Source: Bdellovibrionales bacterium (GTDB taxonomy: Bacteria > Bdellovibrionota > Bdellovibrionia > Bdellovibrionales > UBA1609). Taken from it: a stretch of DNA of 64,000 nucleotides. Below, in pieces: positions 1 to 10,493 of this stretch (position 1 is its first letter; each line of letters starts with the position of its first letter). The position numbers were made by a program, and so were the translations under genes. The stretch spans positions 96,001 to 160,000 of the forward strand of contig CBDHDF010000007.1 of NCBI GenBank assembly GCA_965261545.1. Direction: 5' to 3'. Below the pieces are notes generated by a model that was given only the letters and a program-made list of their open reading frames with translations, was not told the DNA's origin and ran no database searches.

Positions 1-2
1 TG

Positions 3-860
3 TCGCAAAAATCTTATCTCACCCAAGTGGGAGACTATGTTTTTAGAAATGCTTTGACAAGTCAAATATTGGTTCGACATTTGGTCCAGAATGCCATGGT
101 TCACAGGGGAATGAAAAGGTTTGCCATCCTTTATCCCAATGATCCTTATGGAATCGAATACGCCAATCTATTTTGGAACGAAGTTTCTGCAAGGGGAGGC
201 ATGATTGTGTCCGCTCAATCCTATCGACCTAAGGAGGCAGACTTTAACAATGTTGTAAAAAGACTTGTTGGAACGTTCTACCTTGAAGATCGCAAAGAAG
301 AGTACAAAATCAGACTCAAAAAATGGATGAAGCAGCAGAGGTCTCGCCGTGCTCGCCTCACACCTCCCAATGACCTGCTCCCCCCCATCGCGGACTTTGA
401 CGGAGTTTTTATTCCTGACAGCACACGAGCTGTGGGTCAAATTGCCCCCATGTTGGCCTACCATGATGTGAAGGGGCCCGTACTATTGGGGACCAACCTT
501 TGGAATCATCCTTCTCTCATCCGACGAGGGCAGAAGTATGTAGAGGGGGCATTGTTTGTGGACGGACTCTCAACTTCTGATGATAATTTTAAAAAATCTG
601 AGTTTTTTCGTAGATATCAAAAAACTTTTGGTGAAGAGCCCGATGTTTTTGCAGCTCAGGCTTACGATGTGGGGTCTTTGCTTAAAAAAATTATTGATGA
701 CAGTGAAGTTGTTTCTCGTGTGGGTTTAAAAGAGAATCTCATTCATATTGAGTCCTTTCAAGGAGTTCTAGGTACTATGAATATGAGTGAGCAAAGGGAG
801 TTTAGAAGACCTATTCTTACCTTTGAGGTAGTAGAAGGAAAGGTTAATAAAAGCTTTTAA
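3..860 (+). CDS. LppC-like / periplasmic binding protein type 1 (penicillin-binding protein activator-like), 5'-truncated by the window edge
   Basis: Frame is open from position 3 (SQKSYLTQVGDYVFRNALT). Motifs AILYPNDPYG, DGVFIPD, LLGTNLWN and AAQAYD are typical of LivJ/LppC folds. Confidence 0.75.
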   Translation, partial: SQKSYLTQVGDYVFRNALTSQILVRHLVQNAMVHRGMKRFAILYPNDPYGIEYANLFWNEVSARGGMIVSAQSYRPKEADFNNVVKRLVGTFYLEDRKEEYKIRLKKWMKQQRSRRARLTPPNDLLPPIADFDGVFIPDSTRAVGQIAPMLAYHDVKGPVLLGTNLWNHPSLIRRGQKYVEGALFVDGLSTSDDNFKKSEFFRRYQKTFGEEPDVFAAQAYDVGSLLKKIIDDSEVVSRVGLKENLIHIESFQGVLGTMNMSEQREFRRPILTFEVVEGKVNKSF

Positions 861-861
861 T

Positions 862-2016
862 ATGAAAAGCCATATCTATTGGCCCTATATTTGTGTGGCC
901 TATGTCTCCCTTTTTGCCCTAGGTCTTTTAGACAACGCCCGTGGCCCTTATTTACCTGATATCACTAAAGACTTAGGTTTTACAGACACCCAGGGGGCCC
1001 TTCTTTTTGCCATTCCCTCCTGTTTTTCCTTTATAGGATGTCAGCTGTGCAAAGCCTTAGTCTATCGAATGTCCCCTGTCCATGGAATCTGTTGTGGCTT
1101 GTTTCTTATGGGCTGTGGCTTTATAGCTCTGGCTAATATCCATGACCTGGTGGGGCTAGCTCTGGGGGGTGGAATTTTTGGTCTTGGCTTTGGTCTTGTC
1201 AGCGTGTTTGAGCATGTGGTGGTTCAAACAGGCTCTCCTCTAAGTGTTCGAAGAAGGCTCCTTGCTGGTTTGCACTCCATGTATGCCTTGGCTTCTCTCA
1301 CCTCACCCCTGCTCATCAAGCAATTTTATGTGTTTGGTTGGACTTGGAGGCAAGGTTTTTTCTTCGTGGCCTGTGTTCCCCTTATGGCCAGCTTTTTGCT
1401 CATGTTTCTTAAAACAGATGGATCCATGCCTGAAGATACAAGACCCTCCCATAAAGATCCTTTGAGCTATTTGCTTCATTACATTTATATGGGTTTGATT
1501 TTGGCTTTCTATGTCGGGGGAGAACTCGTAGTGTCCAGCCGCATTATCCTTTATGTGCGACGGTATACAGAGACCACACCAGAGCAGGCCACATATTATT
1601 TAGCAACATTCTTTTTATTGCTGCTTTTGGGGAGAGTTTTCTTTATAATCTTTGACTCAGGGCTCTGGAAGAGTGAAAAAATCTTGATGTGGAGTCTCTC
1701 TCTGAGCTTCTTGTCATTTGCTTGTGGTCTTTGGTGGTCGCCCTGGTGGATGAGTCTCTGTGGGCTCTTTATGGCTCCTTGCTTTGCTACTCTTATGGAG
1801 TATATATTTGAAATTTTTCAAGATAGAATTCCCCAAGCCATGACCTATGTCATGGGAATTGGTTCTCTTCTCGTGTTTCCCATGCACTATATGGTGGGTG
1901 TTGCCACTGACTTGGTGGGTTTGCGGTGGGCCATGACCATAGGTCCAATTTTTCTGATCTTGTCTATATTGATGTTAAAATTGAGAAGGCATATTTTTAA
2001 GGAGGCTCTCACATGA
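862..2016 (+). CDS. MFS transporter (FucP/TsgA-like)
   Basis: 384 aa with ~12 hydrophobic segments and an N-terminal GLLDNARGPYLP motif. Confidence 0.85.
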   Translation: MKSHIYWPYICVAYVSLFALGLLDNARGPYLPDITKDLGFTDTQGALLFAIPSCFSFIGCQLCKALVYRMSPVHGICCGLFLMGCGFIALANIHDLVGLALGGGIFGLGFGLVSVFEHVVVQTGSPLSVRRRLLAGLHSMYALASLTSPLLIKQFYVFGWTWRQGFFFVACVPLMASFLLMFLKTDGSMPEDTRPSHKDPLSYLLHYIYMGLILAFYVGGELVVSSRIILYVRRYTETTPEQATYYLATFFLLLLLGRVFFIIFDSGLWKSEKILMWSLSLSFLSFACGLWWSPWWMSLCGLFMAPCFATLMEYIFEIFQDRIPQAMTYVMGIGSLLVFPMHYMVGVATDLVGLRWAMTIGPIFLILSILMLKLRRHIFKEALT

Positions 2017-2822
2017 ATCAAAATTATATCCATGGATATGATATCTCTGAGCAGAAAAGGTTACTTGAGCAAGCCCGTCAACTGGAAGAATATATTTATA
2101 CCGATATTGATATGAAAGATATTCATACACTGCTTGAAGTTGGTTGCGGTGTTGGAGCTCAAACAGAAATTCTTTTAAAGAGATTCCCTCATATTCAGTT
2201 GACTTCCATTGATATTTCGGAAAAACAACTGGAGACGGCGCAATCTCGCCTGAAGCCCTATATTGACCAAGGGAGGGTTCAATTCATTCAACTCAATGCT
2301 GTAGAGCTTCACAAGCTCGGGGAGTCAAAATTTGATGGTGCATTTATCTGTTGGTTTTTGGAGCATATTTCAGACCCCTGCGCTGCTCTTCTGAATCTGA
2401 GAAAAGTATTGAAGGAAGAAGCACCTCTTTGGATAACAGAAGTTAACAATGCCTCTTTTTTTATGGACCCTTACAGCCCTCACATTTTAAGATACTGGTT
2501 TGAAATGAATGATTATCTGTGGTCTACTAAGGGCCACCCTTTTATTGGTCTTCAGTTGGGAAATTATCTTTTAGAAAGTGGCTATCATAATATTAAAACA
2601 GATTTGAGAAATTTTTATTTTGATTCGCGAGCCCCCGAAGATCGCAATGAGTTTATGAAGGCTTTCTTAAAACTTCTCAAGAGTGCAAGCCATAAACTTA
2701 TTCAAGATGGACGGGTTTCCAAAGAACTTGTAGAAAAGATGGACTTGGATCTTGACCAAGTTTTTAAGGCCAAGCACAGTGTGATTAAATATGGATGGGT
2801 TCGTGCTCAAGCCCTCGCTTAG
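2013..2822 (+). CDS. Class I SAM-dependent methyltransferase
   Basis: LEVGCGVG motif I and N-terminal YIHGY...EQKRL. ATGA overlap with the upstream gene. Confidence 0.9.
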   Translation: MNQNYIHGYDISEQKRLLEQARQLEEYIYTDIDMKDIHTLLEVGCGVGAQTEILLKRFPHIQLTSIDISEKQLETAQSRLKPYIDQGRVQFIQLNAVELHKLGESKFDGAFICWFLEHISDPCAALLNLRKVLKEEAPLWITEVNNASFFMDPYSPHILRYWFEMNDYLWSTKGHPFIGLQLGNYLLESGYHNIKTDLRNFYFDSRAPEDRNEFMKAFLKLLKSASHKLIQDGRVSKELVEKMDLDLDQVFKAKHSVIKYGWVRAQALA

Positions 2823-2863
2823 TTCCCTTAAAAAAACCCTTTTAGTTTTTTTGATCTAAAGAC

Positions 2864-3709
2864 CTACGGATAGTCATCCTCATTGGAGGATGGGGAGTTA
2901 CCATCGGTCACCCCACGGACCTCATCCATCAAACCACGATCTTCTTCCTCTAAGGAAGCACTTGGAGTCCCACCAACTTCTATTTCTAGTTCCTGAGTGG
3001 CGGCAAGAAAGCTTTTTCTGGTGGACAAGTCACTTTTGAGCACTTCTATGAATTTATTTGAAAAAGGCGATATAAGTTCCCTGATATATTGCTCAAGCTT
3101 TCCTTCTGAAAGAATTGTTTTACGAACCTGAATTTGTTTCCAAAACAAGAGGTAGTGATAACGACAAAAAGATTCCACAGACATAACCTGGTCACAGTCG
3201 GAGACACTACAATACCGACGCCCCTCTGCATCTGTGAGAATGACCTCTGAATGAGCTTCCGTCGGCTCTTCTGTTGTTGTGTTAGGGTGTTCGAGACCAG
3301 GCTCCAAGGGATTTTCCTTTGGCGCATGGGTTTTAGTGGGTTGAGGTTGGGGCGCTGTCTTCTTCGTAGCTGGCTTTGTGGCCTTCCCTGCGGTGGCTTT
3401 CTTCGCAGCTGGCTTTGTAGCCTCCCCTGTGGTGGTTTTCTTCGCAGCTGGCTTTGTGGCCTTCCCTGTGGTGGCTTTCTTCGCAGCTGGCTTTGTGGCC
3501 TCCCCTGTGGTGGCTTTCTTCGCAACTGGCTTTGTGGCCTCCCCTGTGGTGGCTTTCTTCGCAACTGGCTTTGTGGCCTCCCCTGTGGTGGCTTTCTTCG
3601 CAGCTGGCTTTGTGGCCTCCCCTGTAGAGACTTTTACCCCAGGGAACTTCTTCCTAGAAAGTTGTTTGGAGGCATTTTTCCTTGTTGTCACTTTCTTTTT
3701 ATCTGCCAT
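2864..3709 (-). CDS. Histone H1-like Lys/Ala repeat protein with a C-terminal Cys/His (putative Zn) domain
   Basis: About 7 repeats of TTGEATKPAAKKA, followed by C-x4-C-x8-C-x2-H and an acidic tail. Confidence 0.7.
   Translation of the reverse strand: MADKKKVTTRKNASKQLSRKKFPGVKVSTGEATKPAAKKATTGEATKPVAKKATTGEATKPVAKKATTGEATKPAAKKATTGKATKPAAKKTTTGEATKPAAKKATAGKATKPATKKTAPQPQPTKTHAPKENPLEPGLEHPNTTTEEPTEAHSEVILTDAEGRRYCSVSDCDQVMSVESFCRYHYLLFWKQIQVRKTILSEGKLEQYIRELISPFSNKFIEVLKSDLSTRKSFLAATQELEIEVGGTPSASLEEEDRGLMDEVRGVTDGNSPSSNEDDYP
3356..3625. repeat. 39-bp in-frame tandem repeat (~7 units)
   Basis: Unit ggctttcttcgcagctggctttgtggcctcccctgtggt repeated with few substitutions. Confidence 0.9.
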
Positions 3710-4032
3710 AGCTCATTAAAATCAGCTATTTCCAAAGAGAGGTCAAGTAGTGGTTGTAAAATTTTAAGTTGAGTGACTTGTCATGTGGTTATTTTTCAAA
3801 AAATAGACCTAAGTATTCGAATTTACTATGAAACAAATCAAACATAGGTCTTGAAAAGCATGACACATTAATACAAATTCTTTACGGACCGTCATTATTA
3901 ATGATATCATATCTATCGTTGTCAGTAAGTTTAGGAATTTAAGCCTACACTACTTTATATTTTATATTGAAAAACCCAATACGACGGGGTTTCTTAGCAC
4001 TATCTGACATGGGCGACTTTCCTTTGAGAATA

Positions 4033-5259
4033 TCACTTTGATCCGGTTTTCGACTGAGTTTGTTCCTGCTGATATCGTTGGCGCCAGGATTTCCCCTTGC
4101 GATTTTTAGAATTGAGTTGCCATGTTTGAACGGCGCGGTTGTGTTCTTCAAGAGTTTTTGAAAACACATGGGTTCCATCATTACGGCTGACAAAGAAGAG
4201 GTGATTTGTGGAGGCAGGGTTAACAGCGGCCTCCAAGGATTTCTGGCCCGGATTGGCAATGGGTCCATAGGGAAGAGCTGCCACTGTGTAGGTATTGTAT
4301 CGGGTGGGGTTTAAAATATCTTGCTTGCGAATATTGCGAGGCATGATTCCCCCATTGAGTTCAAGCATTCCATAGAGTATGGTGGGATCACTTTGGAGTT
4401 TCATTTTTTTCTTAAACCTGTTGTGAAAAACAGAGGCAATCATGGGCCTTTCCCTTGGATCCCCCGTTTCTTTCTCAATGATACTTGCTAGCGTAACGTG
4501 GTCGTGCATAGCCATGGGAATTTGAGCAGAGGATTTGACGAGATTGTAAACCGCCTTAAAGCGTTTGACCATGGTTTTAATAAGAGTCGAAGCATCTGTG
4601 GATTTTGTGACAAAATAAGTTTCTGGGAACAGGTAGCCCTCCAGTGAGGCGAGAGTTTGAGCTTGGGTTTGAGTTTGAGTTTGATCCTGGGTCTGACTTT
4701 GATCCTGGATTTGATTTGAAGTCTGGCTTTGGGCTTGATTGTGACTTTGACCTCGATTTTGAGTTTGGTTTTGGCCTTGACCACCTAGAAGCTCTTGAAT
4801 GAACGCCTTATCTCGGCAAAGCTTTAAAAACTCATTTTTAGAACCAAGCCCCTGCCTTTCAAAAAGTTCGGCGATTTCATACATATTAATGCCCTCTTGA
4901 AAGGTGATGGGATACTCAATGCTTTTCCCAGCGGCAAGAATTTTTAAAATTTCAATGGGAGACATTCTCGTATGAAGCTCATATTCACCGGCCTTAACTT
5001 GTGTGGAGATGCTGGAAAGACGAGTGACAATCTTAAATTTAATGATGCTCGTAAGAAGTTTCTTTTTGTAAAGCCTCATGGACACTTCATTGAAACTCTC
5101 ACCGGGAGAGACCTGAAAAACCACTTTATTCTGTGTCTTCAAAGCCGGAGAGGTGATAAATCGAGCCAAAGTCCAGGCCCCTGCAATCGACAACACAAAA
5201 ATAGCGAGTATAGAAAGCAAGACATATTTTCGCATAAAACCTCCTAAACGGGCCCCCAT
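4033..5259 (-). CDS. mltG: Endolytic transglycosylase MltG
   Basis: LEGYLFPETY, LASIIEKET, LQSDPT, YNTY and LPYGPIANPG motifs plus an N-terminal TM. Contains a Q/T-rich insertion. Confidence 0.95.
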   Translation of the reverse strand: MGARLGGFMRKYVLLSILAIFVLSIAGAWTLARFITSPALKTQNKVVFQVSPGESFNEVSMRLYKKKLLTSIIKFKIVTRLSSISTQVKAGEYELHTRMSPIEILKILAAGKSIEYPITFQEGINMYEIAELFERQGLGSKNEFLKLCRDKAFIQELLGGQGQNQTQNRGQSHNQAQSQTSNQIQDQSQTQDQTQTQTQAQTLASLEGYLFPETYFVTKSTDASTLIKTMVKRFKAVYNLVKSSAQIPMAMHDHVTLASIIEKETGDPRERPMIASVFHNRFKKKMKLQSDPTILYGMLELNGGIMPRNIRKQDILNPTRYNTYTVAALPYGPIANPGQKSLEAAVNPASTNHLFFVSRNDGTHVFSKTLEEHNRAVQTWQLNSKNRKGKSWRQRYQQEQTQSKTGSK

Positions 5260-5287
5260 AAATCACCCATGAGGCCGCCCGACTTAG

Positions 5288-6871
5288 TTAATCACCCATG
5301 GGACTGTAATCAATACCTGGCATTTGCTGCTGCCCGGGTGCAAAAGGGTTTGTATCTTCAAGGCTTGCAACAGGGCTTGTGCAATACTGAACGGCGTAGT
5401 GAGCGGAAGGGCGATCATTTCCAGATTTGCCTAGACCCCCGAAGGGAAGCCTTGAACTCGCTCCATTTGTGGTTCGGTTCCAGTTTAAAATACCCACCTT
5501 GGCTCCGGCAAGGACTTGTTCAAAAATACTTCGATCCTTGGAAAACACAGACATGGCCAAGCCAAACCCCGACGAATTGTTGATCTCCACAGCCTCTTCA
5601 ATATCTTCAATTTCATAAATTCCCACATTGGGGCCAAATATCTCACTCTTTTGATAAACTGAATCTGGATTGTGCTTTTTAACGAGAGCGATGCTAGGGG
5701 TGACATAATGACCCTGGGGAGTGAGTTCCAAGACCTTGCCTCTCATGAGCAATTCACAGTCTTCACGCTGGGCAATTTCTTGAAACCGAAGGTATTTTTC
5801 CATGGCGTATTCGCTAATGATGGGCCCCATAAAGTTTTTCTCAGACCAATGGCCCACTTTGATTTTTTTAGCTGTTTCGTGGAATTTGTCCACAAAGGCA
5901 TCTTTGATATCTTTGTGGAGTATGATCTTGCTTGTGCAAGAACACCTTTGCCCCGTGCTGAGGTAAGCCCCTAAAATATTTTCGTAAACAGCCTTGTTCA
6001 AGTCAGCATCTCTCCAAACCACGGAGCAGTTCTTACCTCCCATTTCTAGGGCCAAGATTTTCCAGTGATGCTGAAGAGTTTCTTGTTGGATCTTCAAACC
6101 CACATCGTAGGAGCCCGTAAACAAAACACCATCCACTTTTTCGTGGCCCACGAGGCGACGCCCTGTTTCCGCTTGGCCTTGGACGAGGTTGAAAACTCCA
6201 GGGGGAAACTCTGCTTTTTTAAACATCTCAGCGATGAGTTGGCCCACAGCGGGGGTTTTATCCGAGGGCTTAAAAACAATGGTGTTTCCCGTAGCGAGAG
6301 CGGGAACAAAGTGGCCATTGGGGAGGTGGCCAGGAAAATTAAAAGGCCCTATGACAGCCATCACTCCTCGTGGCCGGTGTCTAATAAATCCGTCCACATG
6401 GGGCAAGGCATTTTCAACCCTCTCCTCACCAACAAGATTCATGGAATGGTTAAGGGTAATATCAATCTTACCCACCATGGCCTTAGCTTCAGACAAAGAC
6501 TCCCACAGGGGTTTTCCCGTTTCCCTGGAAATAACTTCGGCCAGCTGCTCTTTGTGGTCTTCATAAACCTTCTTCAGGCGCAAGAGATATGAGTTTCTGT
6601 CTGTGTCTTTGGATTGCCATGGCTTGTAGGCTTTGGAGGCCGCTTCACAGGCCGTGTCGATATGCTCATAGGCGCATTTCACGTCAATAACCCTATCTTT
6701 GAAATCAGCAGGACTGTGTATATGCCACTCACCGTTGGGCTGCGACGGCTTTATAAAGGCACCTTGGATAAAGTCACCTTGGTATAATATGGGTGACATC
6801 GTTTTTGGTATCGTTTCTGACATCGTTTCTGGTATTATTTGTGACATGGGTTGTGGCACGGTTTTTGGCAT
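5288..6871 (-). CDS. astD: Succinylglutamate semialdehyde dehydrogenase
   Basis: GPFNFPGHLPNGH, LALEMGGKN, GQRCSC and GASSRLPFGG...SGNDRPSA motifs; adjacent to astA. Confidence 0.9.
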   Translation of the reverse strand: MPKTVPQPMSQIIPETMSETIPKTMSPILYQGDFIQGAFIKPSQPNGEWHIHSPADFKDRVIDVKCAYEHIDTACEAASKAYKPWQSKDTDRNSYLLRLKKVYEDHKEQLAEVISRETGKPLWESLSEAKAMVGKIDITLNHSMNLVGEERVENALPHVDGFIRHRPRGVMAVIGPFNFPGHLPNGHFVPALATGNTIVFKPSDKTPAVGQLIAEMFKKAEFPPGVFNLVQGQAETGRRLVGHEKVDGVLFTGSYDVGLKIQQETLQHHWKILALEMGGKNCSVVWRDADLNKAVYENILGAYLSTGQRCSCTSKIILHKDIKDAFVDKFHETAKKIKVGHWSEKNFMGPIISEYAMEKYLRFQEIAQREDCELLMRGKVLELTPQGHYVTPSIALVKKHNPDSVYQKSEIFGPNVGIYEIEDIEEAVEINNSSGFGLAMSVFSKDRSIFEQVLAGAKVGILNWNRTTNGASSRLPFGGLGKSGNDRPSAHYAVQYCTSPVASLEDTNPFAPGQQQMPGIDYSPMGD

Positions 6872-6874
6872 AAA

Positions 6875-7900
6875 TCACTCCGCTGTAACATACAGCTTGT
6901 CTGAAGCCGTGAGATCATATGTGCTGCATACTTCCTCGGGGAGACGTAACTCTTCATTGTCAACTTCGTAGGGAGAATAACCCCCATAGAACTCCCCGGA
7001 TCTGACAAAGCCAAAATACCCCTTTTGGGTCAAGACGTGACTTCTCTCCATGGAGATGGGTTTAATTTTGTTATAAAAGGAGCCATTTTGTATCATAGGT
7101 ATTTCGTCACATAAAGCTGCGATATGGGGGCCCCCATCAAAGGGGTCTACCTCATTGTTATAACTAAATCCAAGTCTTTTCAACAACCGATAAGCAGGCT
7201 GGGTTTCAAAACCAACCTTACCTATAACCAATCGAGCTTTGGAGTTCAAGAGGCACACATAAATATCTTCTGAAGGAAACAAACTACTGATAAACTTCTT
7301 ATCTTGGAGGCTGAGCTGATTGGCCTCTTGATAGGACATCCCTGTAAATTTGCGACCCAGTGACTCCCAAAAGTCGCTTCGCTTGTTGTCAACAAGGGGT
7401 GGAGCCATTTCTGCATAAAGTTCTCTTTTAAATTTTTTTCTGAACATTCCAATATACACGAGTCGCATCAAACTGAGGATTTTTCCCACCTTCTCTGGGC
7501 GTCCTCTGTAATTGGGAGTGAGAATCAGCCCTCCCAGCTCTGTGGGTCCATCTGTGGTCGCTTTCATTCTCAATATTCGATGAACAAAGCCCACACCTAA
7601 CTCTTGGCTAAACCGCTCTGTGGTGAGCACCTCAAAACTATAGGAGGGGTTCTCTGTTGTGCCATGTTTTCCGATGATTTGAGAGCAACCCACTGTCATC
7701 TGGTGCTTTGTATCTTCCACCACAAAGATGTATTTGCCCTTGTCATCTTCCACTTCTCCACGAAAGGAGTCTTGACTCCATTGAATCATTTTTGCAATGC
7801 GTTTTTTATCAGGAGGTAAATTAAGGAGGTCAAACGTATGGGCAAGATTGTAGATATCATCAAGGTCTTCGGGGCGAGCCCCTCGTGCTATAAATCTCAT
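6875..7900 (-). CDS. astA: Arginine N-succinyltransferase
   Basis: GPTELGGL, FWESLGRKFTGM, DKKFI..LFP and VDPFDGGP motifs. Confidence 0.9.
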   Translation of the reverse strand: MRFIARGARPEDLDDIYNLAHTFDLLNLPPDKKRIAKMIQWSQDSFRGEVEDDKGKYIFVVEDTKHQMTVGCSQIIGKHGTTENPSYSFEVLTTERFSQELGVGFVHRILRMKATTDGPTELGGLILTPNYRGRPEKVGKILSLMRLVYIGMFRKKFKRELYAEMAPPLVDNKRSDFWESLGRKFTGMSYQEANQLSLQDKKFISSLFPSEDIYVCLLNSKARLVIGKVGFETQPAYRLLKRLGFSYNNEVDPFDGGPHIAALCDEIPMIQNGSFYNKIKPISMERSHVLTQKGYFGFVRSGEFYGGYSPYEVDNEELRLPEEVCSTYDLTASDKLYVTAE

Positions 7901-7924
7901 AGATTCACTCTCATAGATTCGTTC

Positions 7925-9313
7925 TCATAAATTCACTTCCAAAACCGACTTCTCAAGAATTTCTTTTGCCACCTGAATATCATCTTTAGTAAGAATCCCA
8001 GGCAGCAGAAACCTCAAGCGATGGGGGCCTCTTCCACAGCCAAAAGTCATGAGGCCATTTTTGTAAAGAGTCTTCACGAGTTTAAGTGTCTTTTCCTTGG
8101 AACCATCCAAAGGTGTGACAGCCACCATAAGGCCCAGCCCCCCGGCCTCTTGAAGTAAGCCTTTACATGTTGATGCATTCAGTTCATTTAACATCCCAAC
8201 AAAATCCCTATGGATTTGATGAATTTTTCCTTTCTCACCCATAAAAGATTGCTTATCTAGAGTATTTAATATCTCATAGCCTGCCACCAATGCAACACTA
8301 GACCCCGCAAAGGTCCCTGCAATAAGACCCGGCCGAGGGTTGAGTTCTTTGGTAAACAAAGTGGCAGCATTTTGCATGGCTTTGGCGACAGTGCAAACAT
8401 CCACATATTCGCCAATACCTAGGGTTTCATAGGCAAAAAATTCACCCGTTCGACAAAAGGTTTGGACTTCATCGACCCAAATAGGAATTTCTCTTTCGCG
8501 ACATAATTCGAGCATGGGTAAAAAGAACTCCCTAGGGGCGACGTTGTAGCCACCTTCACCCTGCATGGGTTCAAATGTAAAGGCACAAATATCCTTTCCG
8601 TGCTCATCTAAGTATTTTTTAAGTTGATTTAAACTTTTTTCAGAGCTGCGAGGATCGCTCTTTTTATAAAAGGGAATTCTGAGAACTTCATTGTAATCGG
8701 GTTGCCTGACCTTAAAGTTAGGGTTATCTGTCACCTCGGCCATCATGACGGTACGACCGGCAAAAGTCGCTTCCATGGCTATGATTTTTCTTGCTGGAAA
8801 TCGTTTTTGGCGGCAGATTTTAAGGGCATTTTCATTGGCCATAGAGCCTGATGTGGTGACCCATGCATGCTCCAAGCGACTGTTTCGACTTGCCAGCTCC
8901 ACAAGCTTTGCATTGAGTTGGGCGTACTCCTTATTGGGCTGTAAGTTTCCCTGGATGATGACATCGGACAAAGCTCCTTGAAGGGCGGCTTTCACGACTC
9001 GGGGGTGGCTATGGCCCAAAACATGAACCCCAATTCCATTGATGAGGTCAAGTTTGACACTCCCATCTTCAAGTTCCACATAGGCTCCTCGACCCAACCC
9101 CGTTCCCACATAGGAAAAAAATAGAGGTCGCCCACGGTGTTTTCCAATGTCATCCACGAGGGAAGAAAAAGTTTTGCCATGGGCGGAGGGCTCCGAGGGC
9201 TCTGCCGGAGCCTTGATGTTTGAAGAAAGTACATCCACCTTTTCCACCAATTCTTGAATAAGTTGAGAAACCTTTGGGTCCTCTAGCAATTGGTGCCCCC
9301 ATAACTTTGACAT
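7925..9313 (-). CDS. Class III PLP aminotransferase (succinylornithine/acetylornithine transaminase-like, AstC position)
   Basis: SGSMANENALK, EPMQGEGG, DEVQT and catalytic Lys in TVAKA. First gene of the ast cluster. Confidence 0.85.
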   Translation of the reverse strand: MSKLWGHQLLEDPKVSQLIQELVEKVDVLSSNIKAPAEPSEPSAHGKTFSSLVDDIGKHRGRPLFFSYVGTGLGRGAYVELEDGSVKLDLINGIGVHVLGHSHPRVVKAALQGALSDVIIQGNLQPNKEYAQLNAKLVELASRNSRLEHAWVTTSGSMANENALKICRQKRFPARKIIAMEATFAGRTVMMAEVTDNPNFKVRQPDYNEVLRIPFYKKSDPRSSEKSLNQLKKYLDEHGKDICAFTFEPMQGEGGYNVAPREFFLPMLELCREREIPIWVDEVQTFCRTGEFFAYETLGIGEYVDVCTVAKAMQNAATLFTKELNPRPGLIAGTFAGSSVALVAGYEILNTLDKQSFMGEKGKIHQIHRDFVGMLNELNASTCKGLLQEAGGLGLMVAVTPLDGSKEKTLKLVKTLYKNGLMTFGCGRGPHRLRFLLPGILTKDDIQVAKEILEKSVLEVNL

Positions 9314-9509
9314 ATATAGCTCCTTTATAGCTCACCTAAGCTTATCTCTAAACTCATCTGACTTATGCCTAAACTTATTAAACTTAATTGTGTCTCTATA
9401 CTTGTGTCTCATTGTATGGAAGAAACCTCTCTAAAGTCCATACTCAATCATAGTTCGGTGCGCTATGGTCATAAAGAGGGAGACATGAAACAAAAGTTTT
9501 TCTATAATT

Positions 9510-10493
9510 TTGGCTGTGAAAAATCTTTTTACTGTTTTTATCATTCTTGTATTCCTTGTCCCTCTTGTATTTGCTTCGCTCTTTGGGGTTTTTGGGCCAG
9601 GTAGAGCTTTGGGGTCAAACGAAGCTTCGAGGCCAAGCAAAGTCTCGAAATCAAGTAGATCTTCGGCCGAAACTTCTTGCCGCCAAGGAACTGATCATAA
9701 AGGAGCTGATCGTCTATGTGAAGAATTTCGTCCTACGACCCAGTCTCTTTACATTCAAGGAGTTCATGCCTATCAACAAGAAAATTGGGATGAAGCCCAA
9801 AAACTTTTTCAACAAAGCCTTGGTGGGGAGCCTCTCAATTCCCTCATCCTTTACAATCTTGGCCTTGTGGCCTACAAAAAAAAGCAGTTGGGAATGGCTC
9901 TCGCCCTATGGCGTCACGCCCTCTCTCTCAACCCTTACTTGGGAGAGGCTCAAAGAGCCCTTTCATTTGGCCTCAAACAAGTGCCAAGCCTTTCTCAAAA
10001 CTCTCATGGATTTTTCACCACCTACCTTGGCAAGATCGTAGACCGTACCTTGCTAAGGGATGTTCTTTTGGCATGTGCTATTTTAATTCCCCTCAGCGGG
10101 GGCCTTTTTTTCAAGTATTGGGGGAGCAGAAAAAGGGCGCTCGCCATGGAGATTCCCCTGCCTCCTCTACCTAGCTTCACTATTTTCTTGTCTGCTTTAT
10201 GTGTCTTATGCCTCCTACTAGGGCTTGCAAAAGCTATTTTCCAGTTCAGTGAAAAGGCCACAGTGATCGTGTCTCAGGCCAAACTCCTTCTCCACCCTTC
10301 TCCAGATGGCATTACCATAGGAGAGATTTTGGAGGGCGCAGAGGTTCGGGTCAAAAAAAGGTCTGAGGGCTGGGTCCAGATCATGGCTCCCAATAAATCT
10401 GTAGGATGGCTCAGTGAGTCAGAGATCTACCCACCCACCCTTTTTTCAATCACCCAAGAAGAGGTCAAAAATACCATGAAGGAAACTCCTTAA
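9510..10493 (+). CDS. TPR + TM + SH3 domain protein (BatE-like)
   Basis: YNLGLVAY...ALWRHALSLNP TPR repeats, two TMs and a C-terminal GWVQI...VGW SH3-like domain. Start uncertain. Confidence 0.75.
   Translation: MAVKNLFTVFIILVFLVPLVFASLFGVFGPGRALGSNEASRPSKVSKSSRSSAETSCRQGTDHKGADRLCEEFRPTTQSLYIQGVHAYQQENWDEAQKLFQQSLGGEPLNSLILYNLGLVAYKKKQLGMALALWRHALSLNPYLGEAQRALSFGLKQVPSLSQNSHGFFTTYLGKIVDRTLLRDVLLACAILIPLSGGLFFKYWGSRKRALAMEIPLPPLPSFTIFLSALCVLCLLLGLAKAIFQFSEKATVIVSQAKLLLHPSPDGITIGEILEGAEVRVKKRSEGWVQIMAPNKSVGWLSESEIYPPTLFSITQEEVKNTMKETP

Noticed and set aside
3356..3625. Possible CRISPR array (also 49942-50362)
   Set aside because: Contiguous in-frame 39-bp coding repeats with no unique spacers, and no cas genes in the window.
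3046..3772. Alternative-frame ORFs over the repeats (also 49880-50482)
   Set aside because: Shadow ORFs created by stop-free tandem repeats.
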